This document shows positions 9,331 to 19,124 of a stretch of 64,000 bases of DNA, in pieces. The DNA is from an uncultured bacterium (GTDB taxonomy: Bacteria > Verrucomicrobiota > Kiritimatiellia > PWTM01): contig CAACVY010000002.1 of NCBI GenBank assembly GCA_900661335.1, positions 3,955 to 67,954 on the forward strand, in the 5' to 3' direction. The notes under the pieces were generated by a model, which was not told the DNA's origin, made no database searches, and saw nothing but the letters and a program-made list of their open reading frames with translations. The translations under genes and the position numbers were made by a program. The stretch's first letter is position 1. Every line of letters begins with the position of its first letter.

Positions 9331-10633
9331 AGAGATCGCTCGGCTCGGCATTGTCGGCCGGTCGTTCAGACTCGAGGCGGTAGAGAATCTCGCCTGCGTG
9401 CGGTACGAGAAGGATGCCCTCGTCCTCGCGGTTGGCAAACTCCTCGACGCGGATGCTGGCGGGATCTCGCCAGCCGAGGCCGATTTTTTCGCATCGCTCC
9501 CGCGGAATTCCTGTGGCCAACGTCACGCGGATTCTTGGGCGCTCGACGCCGTGCTCGTAGGTTCCCGCGCCACGGAGGTGCGTCGAGTGAGCCAGCACCC
9601 CCCAAGGATAGTGGCGGAACTTTTCCCATTGCGCCAGGAAATAGTCTCGCACGTGGTAGCCGATCTCGTCGAGAATGCGGCCATGGGTGTAGGAAACTTC
9701 CGTGATGTGGGGTGCGTAGATGATGACCTCTCCGCCGTCGGCGATCACCGGTTCCAACTTGTACATTCCCTTGGCGCCGGTCCAGAGGTCATCGTACATC
9801 TCTGGCATCACCGCCAGTGCGGTATGGTAGGGGTGTGGCACCCAACGGATGTGAAGCTGGGACGACAGCCGTGCGGCCGCGGTCCATGCCGAGTTCACAT
9901 CGCCCACGAACAAGCCGGCGAGTTGTTCGCCTTGCACGACCATGCAGATATAGGTGCGCGGGGTGGGGATGCATGCTGCCGCCATCTCGATCGCTTGGCG
10001 GACCGGCGTGTCAGCCACGCCGATGATGGCCCGCGAGGTGAGCAAGGCGCCCAGCCAATGGGTCACATGGATCACTTCGGGACCGCTGATGCCAGGGAAG
10101 AAGTATTTCGACCCACCTGAAAAGCCGGCCACTTCGTGCGGAAACACTGGCCCACACACGATCACGTGGTCGCACTCCACGACCATGCGATTAACCTTCA
10201 CAGGTACGTCCACCGACAGGCGGCCGCCGCTGAGGCGTTCGATGTCCGCGTGCGAGAGCGTGCCCACCATCGCGAACGTGGCCGGGTCGCTCCAAAGGTG
10301 GTTGTGGACGTCAACGTTGGGCCATCGTTGAGTCCACGCGGCGCGGGACATGCCCACGAGCCGCTCGATGGCGGCCGTCGACATCGGCGAATGGGTTCCC
10401 AGTGCGATCAACCAATCGAGCCGCCCGACCCGATGCGCCAAGATCTCGCACAGCAGGCGGAACATCATCGGGATCGGTGCGGTACGAGTGCCGTCGGGAA
10501 TGACCACCACGACCCGCGCGGTGGCCGCCGGAATGTGCGCCAGGCCGGCCTCCAACCGGGAGCGCACCGTAGATTCGTCCATGCGTTGGACGGCGGAACC
10601 GATGGTATCCATGGAATGCCAGGTGGTGCTCAT
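9287..10633 (-). CDS. LarA-family (DUF2088) nickel-pincer-dependent 2-hydroxyacid racemase/epimerase homologue
   Basis: IPDGTRTAP, LGTHSPM and PHEVAGFSGGSKYFFPGISGPEVIHVTH. The H-x9-K-x15-H spacing matches what I recall for LarA His174/Lys184/His200. ATG overlaps the SDR stop (ATGA). Confidence 0.75.
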   Translation of the reverse strand: MSTTWHSMDTIGSAVQRMDESTVRSRLEAGLAHIPAATARVVVVIPDGTRTAPIPMMFRLLCEILAHRVGRLDWLIALGTHSPMSTAAIERLVGMSRAAWTQRWPNVDVHNHLWSDPATFAMVGTLSHADIERLSGGRLSVDVPVKVNRMVVECDHVIVCGPVFPHEVAGFSGGSKYFFPGISGPEVIHVTHWLGALLTSRAIIGVADTPVRQAIEMAAACIPTPRTYICMVVQGEQLAGLFVGDVNSAWTAAARLSSQLHIRWVPHPYHTALAVMPEMYDDLWTGAKGMYKLEPVIADGGEVIIYAPHITEVSYTHGRILDEIGYHVRDYFLAQWEKFRHYPWGVLAHSTHLRGAGTYEHGVERPRIRVTLATGIPRERCEKIGLGWRDPASIRVEEFANREDEGILLVPHAGEILYRLESERPADNAEPSDLFSAAPRRSTASDLP

Positions 10634-11460
10634 ACACCACTATACGCCGAAAATCCGCCATCCACCGGAATCACCACGCCCGTGACGAACTCCGACGCAG
10701 GCGAGACCAACCACAGCAGCGTGCCGATGAGGTCCTCGGGCTGCCCAAAGCGCCCCATGGGCGTGTGCGAAATAATCTGTGCTCCCCGCGAGGTGAGTTG
10801 GCCGGTCGCTTCGTCGCGGAGCAGATAGCGGTTCTGGTTCGTTTCGAAGAAGCCCGGGGCGATTGCATTGACACGAATGTGGGGCGAATAGTTTTGCGCC
10901 ATGTGTACGGCCAACCATTGTGTGAAGTTGTTGATGGCCGCCTTGGCCGCAGAGTACCCGACAATCCGCGTGAGCGGTCGGAAGCTGTTCATCGAAGAGA
11001 TGTTGACGATTACGCCGGACTTTTGTTCAGCCATCAACCGGCCGAACACCTGGCAAGGCAGGATCGTGCCCAAGAGGTTGAGATCCAGGACGAAGCGTAA
11101 CGCATCGAGGGGAATGTCGAAAAATGAGAGGTCGGGCGAAGTGGTTGCCTCCTTTCGGTTCCCCCCAGCGCCGTTGACGAGAATATCCAAGCGGCCAAAC
11201 GTTTCTTGCACGCATCCGAGTGCGTCCACGAGGCTCGACCGATCCAACACGTCGGCAATCACGGCCATGGCGTCGCCGCCGCTTGCTTGGATCTCTGATA
11301 CCACTTTATGGGCGGCTTCCACCACCCGGTCCACCACCACGACTTCCGCTCCGCGCCGCGACAGTTCCAACGCCATTCGGCCCACGAGCACGCCGCCGGC
11401 CCCGGTCAACACCGCGACCTTCCCTGCGACGGAAAAGAGATCACCGGTTGATTCGGTCAT
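10630..11460 (-). CDS. SDR-family oxidoreductase (UxuB-like sugar-acid reductase candidate)
   Basis: Rossmann motif LTGAGGVLVG and catalytic YSAAK. GAGGAGG lies upstream of the ATG. Sits between uxaC and the LarA-like gene. Confidence 0.8.
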   Translation of the reverse strand: MTESTGDLFSVAGKVAVLTGAGGVLVGRMALELSRRGAEVVVVDRVVEAAHKVVSEIQASGGDAMAVIADVLDRSSLVDALGCVQETFGRLDILVNGAGGNRKEATTSPDLSFFDIPLDALRFVLDLNLLGTILPCQVFGRLMAEQKSGVIVNISSMNSFRPLTRIVGYSAAKAAINNFTQWLAVHMAQNYSPHIRVNAIAPGFFETNQNRYLLRDEATGQLTSRGAQIISHTPMGRFGQPEDLIGTLLWLVSPASEFVTGVVIPVDGGFSAYSGV

Positions 11461-11476
11461 TGCAGCGAATTCCTCC

Positions 11477-12913
11477 TCAAATGTTCTTCTCCAGCCGATA
11501 GGTTTTGCGCGCCAGTCCCACTGCCATGTCTACGGCCATCTCGGCGGCTTCCTCCTCCGTCACAAGTCCTCGGACCACCAAGCCTGCCAACCAGTTGCAG
11601 GAGGCGCGTCGCCACACGTCATGGCGAGCGGGAATGGAGGGAAACGCACGGGTGTCGTCGTTGAAGCCCGCTGTGTTGTACAGACCCGCCGTTTCCATGA
11701 CCTGATCGAAGTATCGGCGCATACCGTTGAAACTGTCATGGAACCACCACGGTGGTCCCAAGCGCAAGGCCGGATAGTGACCGGCCAGCGGCGCCAGCTC
11801 CCGCGCGTAGGTGGTCTCGTCCATCGTGAAGAGCACGATGGTCAGATTCCGCTCGTTGCCGTAGAGGTCCAACAGCGGTTTGAGCCCGCGGACAAAATCG
11901 CAGGGCAAAGGGATATCGGCCCCCTTGTCCGGCCCGAAGCGCTCCCACAGCAGCGGGTTGTGGTTTCGGTACACACCGGCGTGAATCTGCATCACCATGC
12001 CGTCCTCGAGACTCATCCGCGCCATCTCGATGAGCATGTGGCCGGAGAAACGGACTCCGTCTTCGGGCGTCGCCACGCCACGGAGAGCTCGCTGGAAAAT
12101 CGCTTCCGCATCTGCGGAGCTCAGCACTTCGGTGTGGGGGAGTGTGACGCCGTGGTCGGTCGCTGTGGCACCCAACTGGCGGAATGCCGCGCGGCGCCGC
12201 CGCAGGGCTTCCAAAAAACTTCCGAAGCTGATGATATCCATGTCGGCAGCGTGGGCCAAAGCCTCAAGCTGCTGTCGCCAATCCGGCCGCAAAATGTCCG
12301 TGACGCTATCCGGACGAAATGTGGGACGAATGTCGCCGTTCCAGCCCGACGCGCGAATCGCGCGATGATGGTTCAAAGGATCCGAAGCCGCATCCGTCGT
12401 GCATAGTACTTCGATGCGGAAGCGCTCGAATAGCGCACGGGGGCGAAACTCCGGTCGCCGAAGACAGTCCTCGATTTGGTCGTAGATGACCTGAGCGTTG
12501 CGAGAATTCAGCGGGAGCTTCACCCCGAACACGCTGATCAATTCGTGCTTCAGCCACAGCCCCGAGGGTGTGCCCCGGAAGAGGTAAAAATGGTCCGCGA
12601 ACCGCTGCCAGATTTTTCGGTGATCGGTCTCCACCTGGCCTCCGTCCCGCCGCCGCACGCCGAGGTCCTCCAGCGGTAGGCCTTGGGAGTACAGCATTCG
12701 GAACACGTAGTGGTCTGGAATAATCAAAAGATCCGCCGGGGACCCGAAGCGAGCCTCGGGGTCCGAAAACAAGGACGGATCCACATGGCCATGAGGGCTG
12801 ACGATGGGCAGCTGGGCGACCCGCTCGAACAGGGCGCGGGCCACCGCACGCTGCGAGGGCTCTGGCGAAAACAGCCGGTCCGACGACAGCGTCCAAGTTT
12901 CGTGGTTACTCAT
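11477..12913 (-). CDS. uxaC: Glucuronate (uronate) isomerase
   Basis: About 478 aa with a UxaC-like N-terminus (LFSPEPSQRAVARALFERVAQLPIVSPHGHVDP) and collinear UxaC blocks throughout. Confidence 0.85.
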   Translation of the reverse strand: MSNHETWTLSSDRLFSPEPSQRAVARALFERVAQLPIVSPHGHVDPSLFSDPEARFGSPADLLIIPDHYVFRMLYSQGLPLEDLGVRRRDGGQVETDHRKIWQRFADHFYLFRGTPSGLWLKHELISVFGVKLPLNSRNAQVIYDQIEDCLRRPEFRPRALFERFRIEVLCTTDAASDPLNHHRAIRASGWNGDIRPTFRPDSVTDILRPDWRQQLEALAHAADMDIISFGSFLEALRRRRAAFRQLGATATDHGVTLPHTEVLSSADAEAIFQRALRGVATPEDGVRFSGHMLIEMARMSLEDGMVMQIHAGVYRNHNPLLWERFGPDKGADIPLPCDFVRGLKPLLDLYGNERNLTIVLFTMDETTYARELAPLAGHYPALRLGPPWWFHDSFNGMRRYFDQVMETAGLYNTAGFNDDTRAFPSIPARHDVWRRASCNWLAGLVVRGLVTEEEAAEMAVDMAVGLARKTYRLEKNI

Positions 12914-13264
12914 TGAATCCCTCGCGAATGCGCCGGCGCGTGGCGCAGACCGCCGACGCCTAGCACTGGGCCATACTGTCCATTTGGGGCCTGGATGTCA
13001 AGAAACCCACCGTCGCCAGACTGGGCGGAGCCACCCTAGACGAAGCGAAGCCCCGATACGCGGCGAAATGAACGATGGGGGGCGAAGTAGGGCGCATCCA
13101 CGCGCGGGCGGCGCGATCTCCGCTTCGCGGCCGGTTGTGACCGAGGCCTAGGGCGCCTTGGATAGGGAGAGCAGTCAGGATCGAATCACCTTGACTCCGC
13201 TTGCCTATGGGCGACGAGAGTGATAGAAGGGCCGATGTTGGATGGTGGCACGGAGGTCTCGTCG

Positions 13265-14962
13265 ATGACTTGTGGAACGGATCTGCAGTGTTGGATTCGG
13301 TGGTTTGTGGTAGCGATCCCCTTCGGATGCGCGCTGCCGGCATGCGCGGATCTCTCCGTCGTCAACGGAGATTTTTCGGATCTGAGCGGTTTGGTGGCGA
13401 CACAAGACCAGTGGTATGGGGGTTGCCCGGCGGGTTGGTCGGCCTTCGGACGTTCCGCCTATGCCGTCCATGCCGCTCGGGGTCCAACGCCCCCCACGTG
13501 TAACGTTCAGCCGCTCGGTTTCGTATACCAGCGTCTCGGCGTGCTGGGCGCGGACTCGGATGTGACGGTCACGTTCGACGTGTCGGAGCCTTGGCGGACG
13601 AATTCTTTATTGCGCGCAACGATGATGGATGGCGATTTCCGCATCCTGGCTCGATCCGATGTGATGCCCGGTGAACGCGGAGAACTTGTGGCGCGCGGTG
13701 TGCCGGCCGGCACCGCAATCGTGATCGGGTTCTCGGCGGTGCGGGGAAGTCCAGGTCTTGACAACGTGCGGCTGGCCACGAGTCACGCCAGCCGTCCAGC
13801 CGAGCGCAAATCTCCGGTCCCAGGTGCGGTGACGGTGGCGTGCTACTACTTCCCGAATTATCATCCTGGTGACGCTCGCACCCGCCAGCTGAAAGGCCCG
13901 AATTGGTCGGAATGGGAGTTGGTGCGCGCGGCGCGTCCGAGGTTCCCGAATCATGCCCAGCCCAAGGTGCCGTTGTGGGGCTACGAAGACGAGTCGGATC
14001 CGGCCGTGATGGCTCGGAAAATCGCCGCGGCGGCAGACCACGGCATCGGCGTGTTCATTTTCGATTGGTATTACTACGACGACGGCCCGTTTCTAGAGCG
14101 GGCTCTTGATGAAGGCTTTTTGCGCGCGACGAACAACCACCGCATCCGCTTCGCACTGATGTGGGCCAATCACGACTGGAAGGACATCCACCCGCTTCGC
14201 AAAGGGCACACGCCCGTGGTGCTCTATCCGGGACGTGTGAAACCGGAGACGTGGGAACGCATCACGGACCTGGTGATTCAACGGTATTTCAAACATCCAT
14301 CGTACTGGACCCTCGAGGGCTGCCCGTACTTCTCCTTCTACGACCTGACGTGTTTGCTGGACAGTTTCGGGTCTGTCCAGGCTACGCGCGCGGCGCTGGA
14401 TCGGTTCCGTGCGAAGGCCCGGGCGGCAGGATTCCCAGGCGTGCACTTGAATGCGATCGTTTGGGGCCGCACGGTTCTCCCTGGCGAAAAAGTCCCGACC
14501 GACCCGGTGGCACTGGTGCGCGAGCTTGGGTTCGACTCCGTCGGCTCGTACGTTTGGGTGCACCATGTGGCGTTGCCCGAGTTGGTGACGGACTACGACC
14601 GCGCGCGCGATGCCTATATGTGGTATTTGAACGAAGCGGAGGGCAAGTTCCCCGTGCCCTATTACCCCAACATCACAATGGGATGGGATCCCAGCCCCCG
14701 GACCTGCCAAGACGATCCGTACGGGCACTACGGGTACCCTTTCACCAACACGATCGGCGGGAATACGCCCGATCGGTTTCGTGCTGCCCTGGAGATCGTT
14801 CGGAGACGCTTGATGGACCGCCCGCCGGAACAACGGATTCTGACAATCAACGCGTGGAACGAATGGACCGAAGGCAGCTACTTGGAACCGGACACGGTCC
14901 ATGGGCTGGGCTATCTCGAGGCCATTCGTTCGGTGTTCGGCGGGCCGAATGAAAAGCAATAA
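13265..14962 (+). CDS. Secreted WbsX / GH99-like domain protein with N-terminal beta-rich module
   Basis: ACYYFPNYHPGD...NWSEWELV...WGYEDESDP...HGIGVFIFDWYYYDDG matches the Glyco_tran_WbsX pattern as I recall it. Signal-like start MTCGTDLQCWIRWFVVAIPFGCALPACA at 13265. Confidence 0.6.
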   Translation: MTCGTDLQCWIRWFVVAIPFGCALPACADLSVVNGDFSDLSGLVATQDQWYGGCPAGWSAFGRSAYAVHAARGPTPPTCNVQPLGFVYQRLGVLGADSDVTVTFDVSEPWRTNSLLRATMMDGDFRILARSDVMPGERGELVARGVPAGTAIVIGFSAVRGSPGLDNVRLATSHASRPAERKSPVPGAVTVACYYFPNYHPGDARTRQLKGPNWSEWELVRAARPRFPNHAQPKVPLWGYEDESDPAVMARKIAAAADHGIGVFIFDWYYYDDGPFLERALDEGFLRATNNHRIRFALMWANHDWKDIHPLRKGHTPVVLYPGRVKPETWERITDLVIQRYFKHPSYWTLEGCPYFSFYDLTCLLDSFGSVQATRAALDRFRAKARAAGFPGVHLNAIVWGRTVLPGEKVPTDPVALVRELGFDSVGSYVWVHHVALPELVTDYDRARDAYMWYLNEAEGKFPVPYYPNITMGWDPSPRTCQDDPYGHYGYPFTNTIGGNTPDRFRAALEIVRRRLMDRPPEQRILTINAWNEWTEGSYLEPDTVHGLGYLEAIRSVFGGPNEKQ

Positions 14963-14990
14963 AATTCCGTTGAGCGGCCGGAGGTTGCAC

Positions 14991-16412
14991 ATGAACCCAG
15001 ACACAACGCCGCGCCGGTGGCTCATTCGCGGGTGGACAGCGGTGATGTGCACGTTGTCGTTCGCGCCATGGTGGACATTCGGAGCCGAACCATCGGCCCG
15101 GCCCAACGTAATCCTCATTATTTCGGATGACCATGGGTTCCCCGACTACGGCTTCATGGGACATCCCATCGTGCGTACGCCGAATCTAGACCGTATGGCT
15201 TCAGAGGGGCTGACCTTCACACGCGGGTATGTCACGACTGCACTGTGCTCCCCGTCCTTGGCGACGCTTTTGACCGGCCTGTATCCCCACCAGCACGGCA
15301 TCACGGGCAATGACCTGTATGCGCCGTCGGGTCAGCCGAACGCGGGGGGCATGCGGGCAAACCGTGGGCCCTTGATTGAGCGGCTGCTGGCCAATCCGTT
15401 TCTGTTGCCCCGTGCGCTGACTCAGGTTGGGTATCGAACCTTGCAGACCGGCAAGCTTTGGAACGTCGGGTACGCAGAGGTCGGGTTCACGGATGGCATG
15501 ACCTCGCCGGGCGGTCGGCATGGGGGCGAAGGACTTAGCATCGGACGTGAAACCATGGAGCCGATTTGGAACTTTATCCGCGACGCCCGGACCCGTGGCC
15601 AGCCCTTTTTCGTGTGGTACGCGCCGTTTCTGCCGCACACTCCGCACAACCCGCCGGAACGGTTTCTTCAGCATTACCGCGGGCGCGCACCGACCCATGC
15701 GGCCGAGTTGTACTATGCGATGGTGGAATGGTTGGATTCGACCTGCGGGGAACTCGACGACTTCTTAAAAAAGGAAGGCCTGTTCAACGACACCTTGGTG
15801 ATCTACTTGGCCGACAATGGCTGGGATGCGGCCCAAGGCAACTCGTCGCCGGTCGCCAAACGCTCCGCGTACGAACTCGGGGTTCGAACGCCAGTCCTCG
15901 TACGCTGGCCGGCGCGCGTCCGGCCCCGCCGGGACGACGTCACGCCCGTGTCTATTGTGGATGTCGTGCCGACGATCGTGCGAGCGTGCGGTCTTTCCGT
16001 GCCGATCGAGTTGCCCGGGCTCGACCTTCTCGACGCCGATTCGCTCTCCCAACGCCGCGCGGTGTTTTTGGAAAACTACGGCCACGATATCGTGGACATT
16101 CGCAATCCTGTGGCCAGCCTCCTCAGCCGAGGCCTCGTCAGTGGCGATTGGAAGTTGCTTGTGGCGGGTCCGATGGCTGAACGAGTCCCCGGCGGCACGC
16201 AAGGGAAGTCGCCTTTGCGCGAGTCGATCGAGCTCTACAACGTGCGGGCCGATCCGTTCGAGACGCGAAACTTGGCGGCCTCGGAGCCCGCTCGCGTACA
16301 AGAGCTCCGTCAGTTGCTCGATGCCTGGTGGAATCCGGACGCGACCAGCCCAGCACGCAGTCGCCCGCCGGTCGAAGCTCCTTCCGCGGCGCCCACGCCG
16401 ACGGCAAAGTAG
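14991..16412 (+). CDS. Sulfatase (S1 / alkaline-phosphatase superfamily) with atypical CSPSL active-site motif
   Basis: PNVILIISDDHGFPDYG and LCSPSLATLLTGLYPHQHG. ATG at 14991 is preceded by GGAGG and followed by a signal-like segment. Confidence 0.8.
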   Translation: MNPDTTPRRWLIRGWTAVMCTLSFAPWWTFGAEPSARPNVILIISDDHGFPDYGFMGHPIVRTPNLDRMASEGLTFTRGYVTTALCSPSLATLLTGLYPHQHGITGNDLYAPSGQPNAGGMRANRGPLIERLLANPFLLPRALTQVGYRTLQTGKLWNVGYAEVGFTDGMTSPGGRHGGEGLSIGRETMEPIWNFIRDARTRGQPFFVWYAPFLPHTPHNPPERFLQHYRGRAPTHAAELYYAMVEWLDSTCGELDDFLKKEGLFNDTLVIYLADNGWDAAQGNSSPVAKRSAYELGVRTPVLVRWPARVRPRRDDVTPVSIVDVVPTIVRACGLSVPIELPGLDLLDADSLSQRRAVFLENYGHDIVDIRNPVASLLSRGLVSGDWKLLVAGPMAERVPGGTQGKSPLRESIELYNVRADPFETRNLAASEPARVQELRQLLDAWWNPDATSPARSRPPVEAPSAAPTPTAK

Positions 16413-16766
16413 GCTCGTGCTCTTTTGGATCGAGAGCTTCTCGGTTCGATCCCGTGGTTCATCCGCAACGCGCCGGACTCTGAGTGCGCCATTGGGCGAG
16501 GGAGTGCCGAAACCATCGCACGCGATGGATTTGGTGGGGTCGGACCGCTCTCCTGCGACCAGGTGGCTTCGAAAGTCGAGCGCAACATATCCGCAGCTGG
16601 CTTCGTGGCCCTGCGTTTGTGCAGATCCGTTCCGACTGCCTAAGGTCCGGCCCGCCGAGGCGGCTTGGAACCTGAGAACCCCGCCATTCCAGGCCTTTGC
16701 GCTCACCAGCTCGGCTCGCGCGGTTTGCGGCGTGCACGGAGCGCGTTCGGGTTCTTGTGTAGTGCG

Positions 16767-18122
16767 CTATAGCTGACTGCGCACGAACGCGAAGTAGCCG
16801 GCCATCACGGCCGCGAGAACCAGCGAGACTCCTGGCACCTGGCGCCATCGCCCCGTGGCGATCTTCAAGAGGGGCCAGCTGATCAGTCCCAGCGCCAATC
16901 CATCGGCAATCGAAAAGGTCAGTGGAATGCCTCCCAGAACGAGCAGCGCTGGCACCGCCTCGGTCAAATCCGACCACTCCACTTGGCGCGCGTTGGCCAT
17001 CATGAGCGCGCCCACGATGACCAGCGCGGACGCGGTGATCGGTGGGTAGTTGGCAATGAGCCCGACCAGCGGCGCGAATCCCAACGAGAGGAGGAACGCG
17101 ATGGCCGTGACCAGTGCGGCCAGGCCTGTTCGGGCGCCGGCGTGAATGCCGGCGGCGCTTTCGATGTACGAGGTGACCGTGCTGGTGCCTAAGAATGCGC
17201 CGAAAACCGTGCCCACGGCGTCCGTCATCAACGCGCGGCGGACGCTCGGTCGGTTCCGGAGGTCCGACCACCCGGCCGCGTGCAGTACACCGACGAGCGT
17301 GCCGACGGTGTCGAAGAGGTCCATGAACAAAAAAACCAGCAGGTACGGCCAAGCTCGCGGCGAAAGTGCGCCTCGGAGGTCGAACTGGCCGGCCGCGCTC
17401 AGACTCCACATCGTCGAGGACCATCCCGTCCACCGGGTTCGGCCGCAGAGCCATGCCACAGCGGTGGCAACCAGAATGGCGCCCAACAACGCCGTTGCAC
17501 GTGCGCGCGCCTGCAAGGCCACCGCGGTCAGCAGCCCAATGGAGAATACCAGCACCGCCACGCCGTCGGCGTGCGTGTTGAGTGCGACCCATGTGCCGGC
17601 GGAGCACGTGAGTATCGACGCATTTTTCAGGCCGATGAACGTCAAGAACAGTCCAATCCCGGCCGAGATGGCGGCACACATGGAGGGACTCAGGGATCGC
17701 AGAACCCGTTCGCGCAACCCCGTGACGTTCAACAGCACAAACGCGAACCCCGACCAGAAGACAATTCCGAGTGCCGTGCGCCAGGCATTCGGGAAGCCGA
17801 GCGACGTCAGGCCCATCCCACACGTGACAAAGAAAAAGTTCTCGCCCATGCCCGGAGCCAGGGCGATCGGCAGGCGGGCATAGAGGCCCATCATTGCAGT
17901 AGTCACTGCGGCCGAGACTGCCGTAGCTACGAATACGGCTGCGGGCTCCAACCCGGTAGGGCGGTTCTGAAAATCCCTGGAGAGCACGGCGGGCTGGACG
18001 AACAAAATGTAAGACATGGCGAGGAAGGTCGTAAGGCCCGCCAATATTTCAGTCTTGAACTCGCGCGACCCGGGGCAGGGCCACGGAGCCGCGTCTCCGA
18101 CGACGATCGTACCATCCGCCAT
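16767..18122 (-). CDS. NCS2/AzgA-family purine (adenine/guanine/hypoxanthine) permease
   Basis: FKTEILAGLTTFLAMSYILFVQP and multi-TM body are typical of the AzgA/PbuG family. Start set at ATG 18122 (GAGGA upstream). The 722-aa ORF-track version extends antisense into rpe. Confidence 0.75.
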   Translation of the reverse strand: MADGTIVVGDAAPWPCPGSREFKTEILAGLTTFLAMSYILFVQPAVLSRDFQNRPTGLEPAAVFVATAVSAAVTTAMMGLYARLPIALAPGMGENFFFVTCGMGLTSLGFPNAWRTALGIVFWSGFAFVLLNVTGLRERVLRSLSPSMCAAISAGIGLFLTFIGLKNASILTCSAGTWVALNTHADGVAVLVFSIGLLTAVALQARARATALLGAILVATAVAWLCGRTRWTGWSSTMWSLSAAGQFDLRGALSPRAWPYLLVFLFMDLFDTVGTLVGVLHAAGWSDLRNRPSVRRALMTDAVGTVFGAFLGTSTVTSYIESAAGIHAGARTGLAALVTAIAFLLSLGFAPLVGLIANYPPITASALVIVGALMMANARQVEWSDLTEAVPALLVLGGIPLTFSIADGLALGLISWPLLKIATGRWRQVPGVSLVLAAVMAGYFAFVRSQL

Positions 18123-18428
18123 ACCATCCTCAGCTTGTCCCGAGACTATGTGTCGGTCAACCCCGACGCCAACGAATTCCGGTCCGACGGCCTTCACCCG
18201 GCGGAGGACTGCGGCGCCACCCACCGAGACCATTGTCCAATGGCATTTCCGTTGTGAACGTTTCGGATGCATGTTCCCTATGTTCAATCTGCCCCGTCTG
18301 CTTGTGGGTTTCCCTGCGCGGCACCCCGGCCAAAGGTTCACGTCTTGACTCTCCAAGGTCGTGGTGGGGTGGATCTTGACGGGCCGGCGGGTTCTCAGTA
18401 GCGTTGCGCGGTTGCAACGAGAGACGAT

Positions 18429-19124
18429 ATGCCAACGGAACCTCTTCCATTTCAAATTCTGCCGTCCATTCTGGCCGCGGATTTCACCCGGTTGGGCGAG
18501 GAAATCCGGCGCGCTGAGGAGGCCGGCGCAGATGGCCTGCACCTGGACATCATGGATGGGCATTTTGTCCGCAACATCAGCTTCGGCCCGGACGTGGTGC
18601 GAGCCGTGCGGCGCTGTACGCGGTTGCCGTTGAGTGTGCATCTGATGATCCAGCGTCCAGATCTCTACGTGCGTGAGTTTGCCGAAGCGGGCGCGAACTT
18701 GATCCTTATCCACGTCGAGGCGCCGTGCGATGTCCGCAATGTGCTCCGCGATATCCGTGGACTTGGCATTCGGGCGGGGCTGACGCTGAACCCAGAAACG
18801 CCGTTGGAATGTTTGTGGACGGTGGCGGAAGCGTCGTGGCTGGATGAAGTTCTCCTGATGACGGTGCATCCCGGCTTCGGCGGCCAAAAGTTCCTTCGCG
18901 CGGTCGTGTCGAAAATTCGAGCTTTGCGGGAGCAATGCCCGCGGCTGGATATCTCGGTGGATGGGGGCATCGGGAATGCGACGGCGGCGGAGTGCGCGGC
19001 GGTGGGCGCCAACGTGTTCATCGCAGGCACGACCTTGTTCCGCGCGGCGGACATGCGTGCAGCGATCCAGTCCCTACGAAAATCCATTCAGGCAGCTCTA
19101 GGGGCGACGGAGGCGAAGGGATGA
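18429..19124 (+). CDS. rpe: Ribulose-phosphate 3-epimerase
   Basis: [17 protein letters not shown]...[22 protein letters not shown]...[12 protein letters not shown]. Confidence 0.9.
   Translation: MPTEPLPFQILPSILAADFTRLGEEIRRAEEAGADGLHLDIMDGHFVRNISFGPDVVRAVRRCTRLPLSVHLMIQRPDLYVREFAEAGANLILIHVEAPCDVRNVLRDIRGLGIRAGLTLNPETPLECLWTVAEASWLDEVLLMTVHPGFGGQKFLRAVVSKIRALREQCPRLDISVDGGIGNATAAECAAVGANVFIAGTTLFRAADMRAAIQSLRKSIQAALGATEAKG

Noticed and set aside
16441-16458. GGTTCGA-type motifs at 16441, 14528 and 38316 as tRNA T-arms
   Set aside because: The flanking stems do not pair (3-4 of 5 bp at best), no cloverleaf could be built, and two of the three are inside coding or pseudogene sequence.
18123-18935. 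N-terminal 271 codons of the 722-aa ORF 16767..18935
   Set aside because: Only the last ~452 aa look like an AzgA-type permease. The extension has no membrane or family features and runs antisense through the well-supported rpe gene. This is the typical open-frame artefact of GC-rich DNA.
18935-19120. Upstream extension of lepA in the ORF track
   Set aside because: Canonical LepA begins at [12 protein letters not shown] (ATG 19121), which overlaps the rpe stop. The extension lies inside rpe in another frame.
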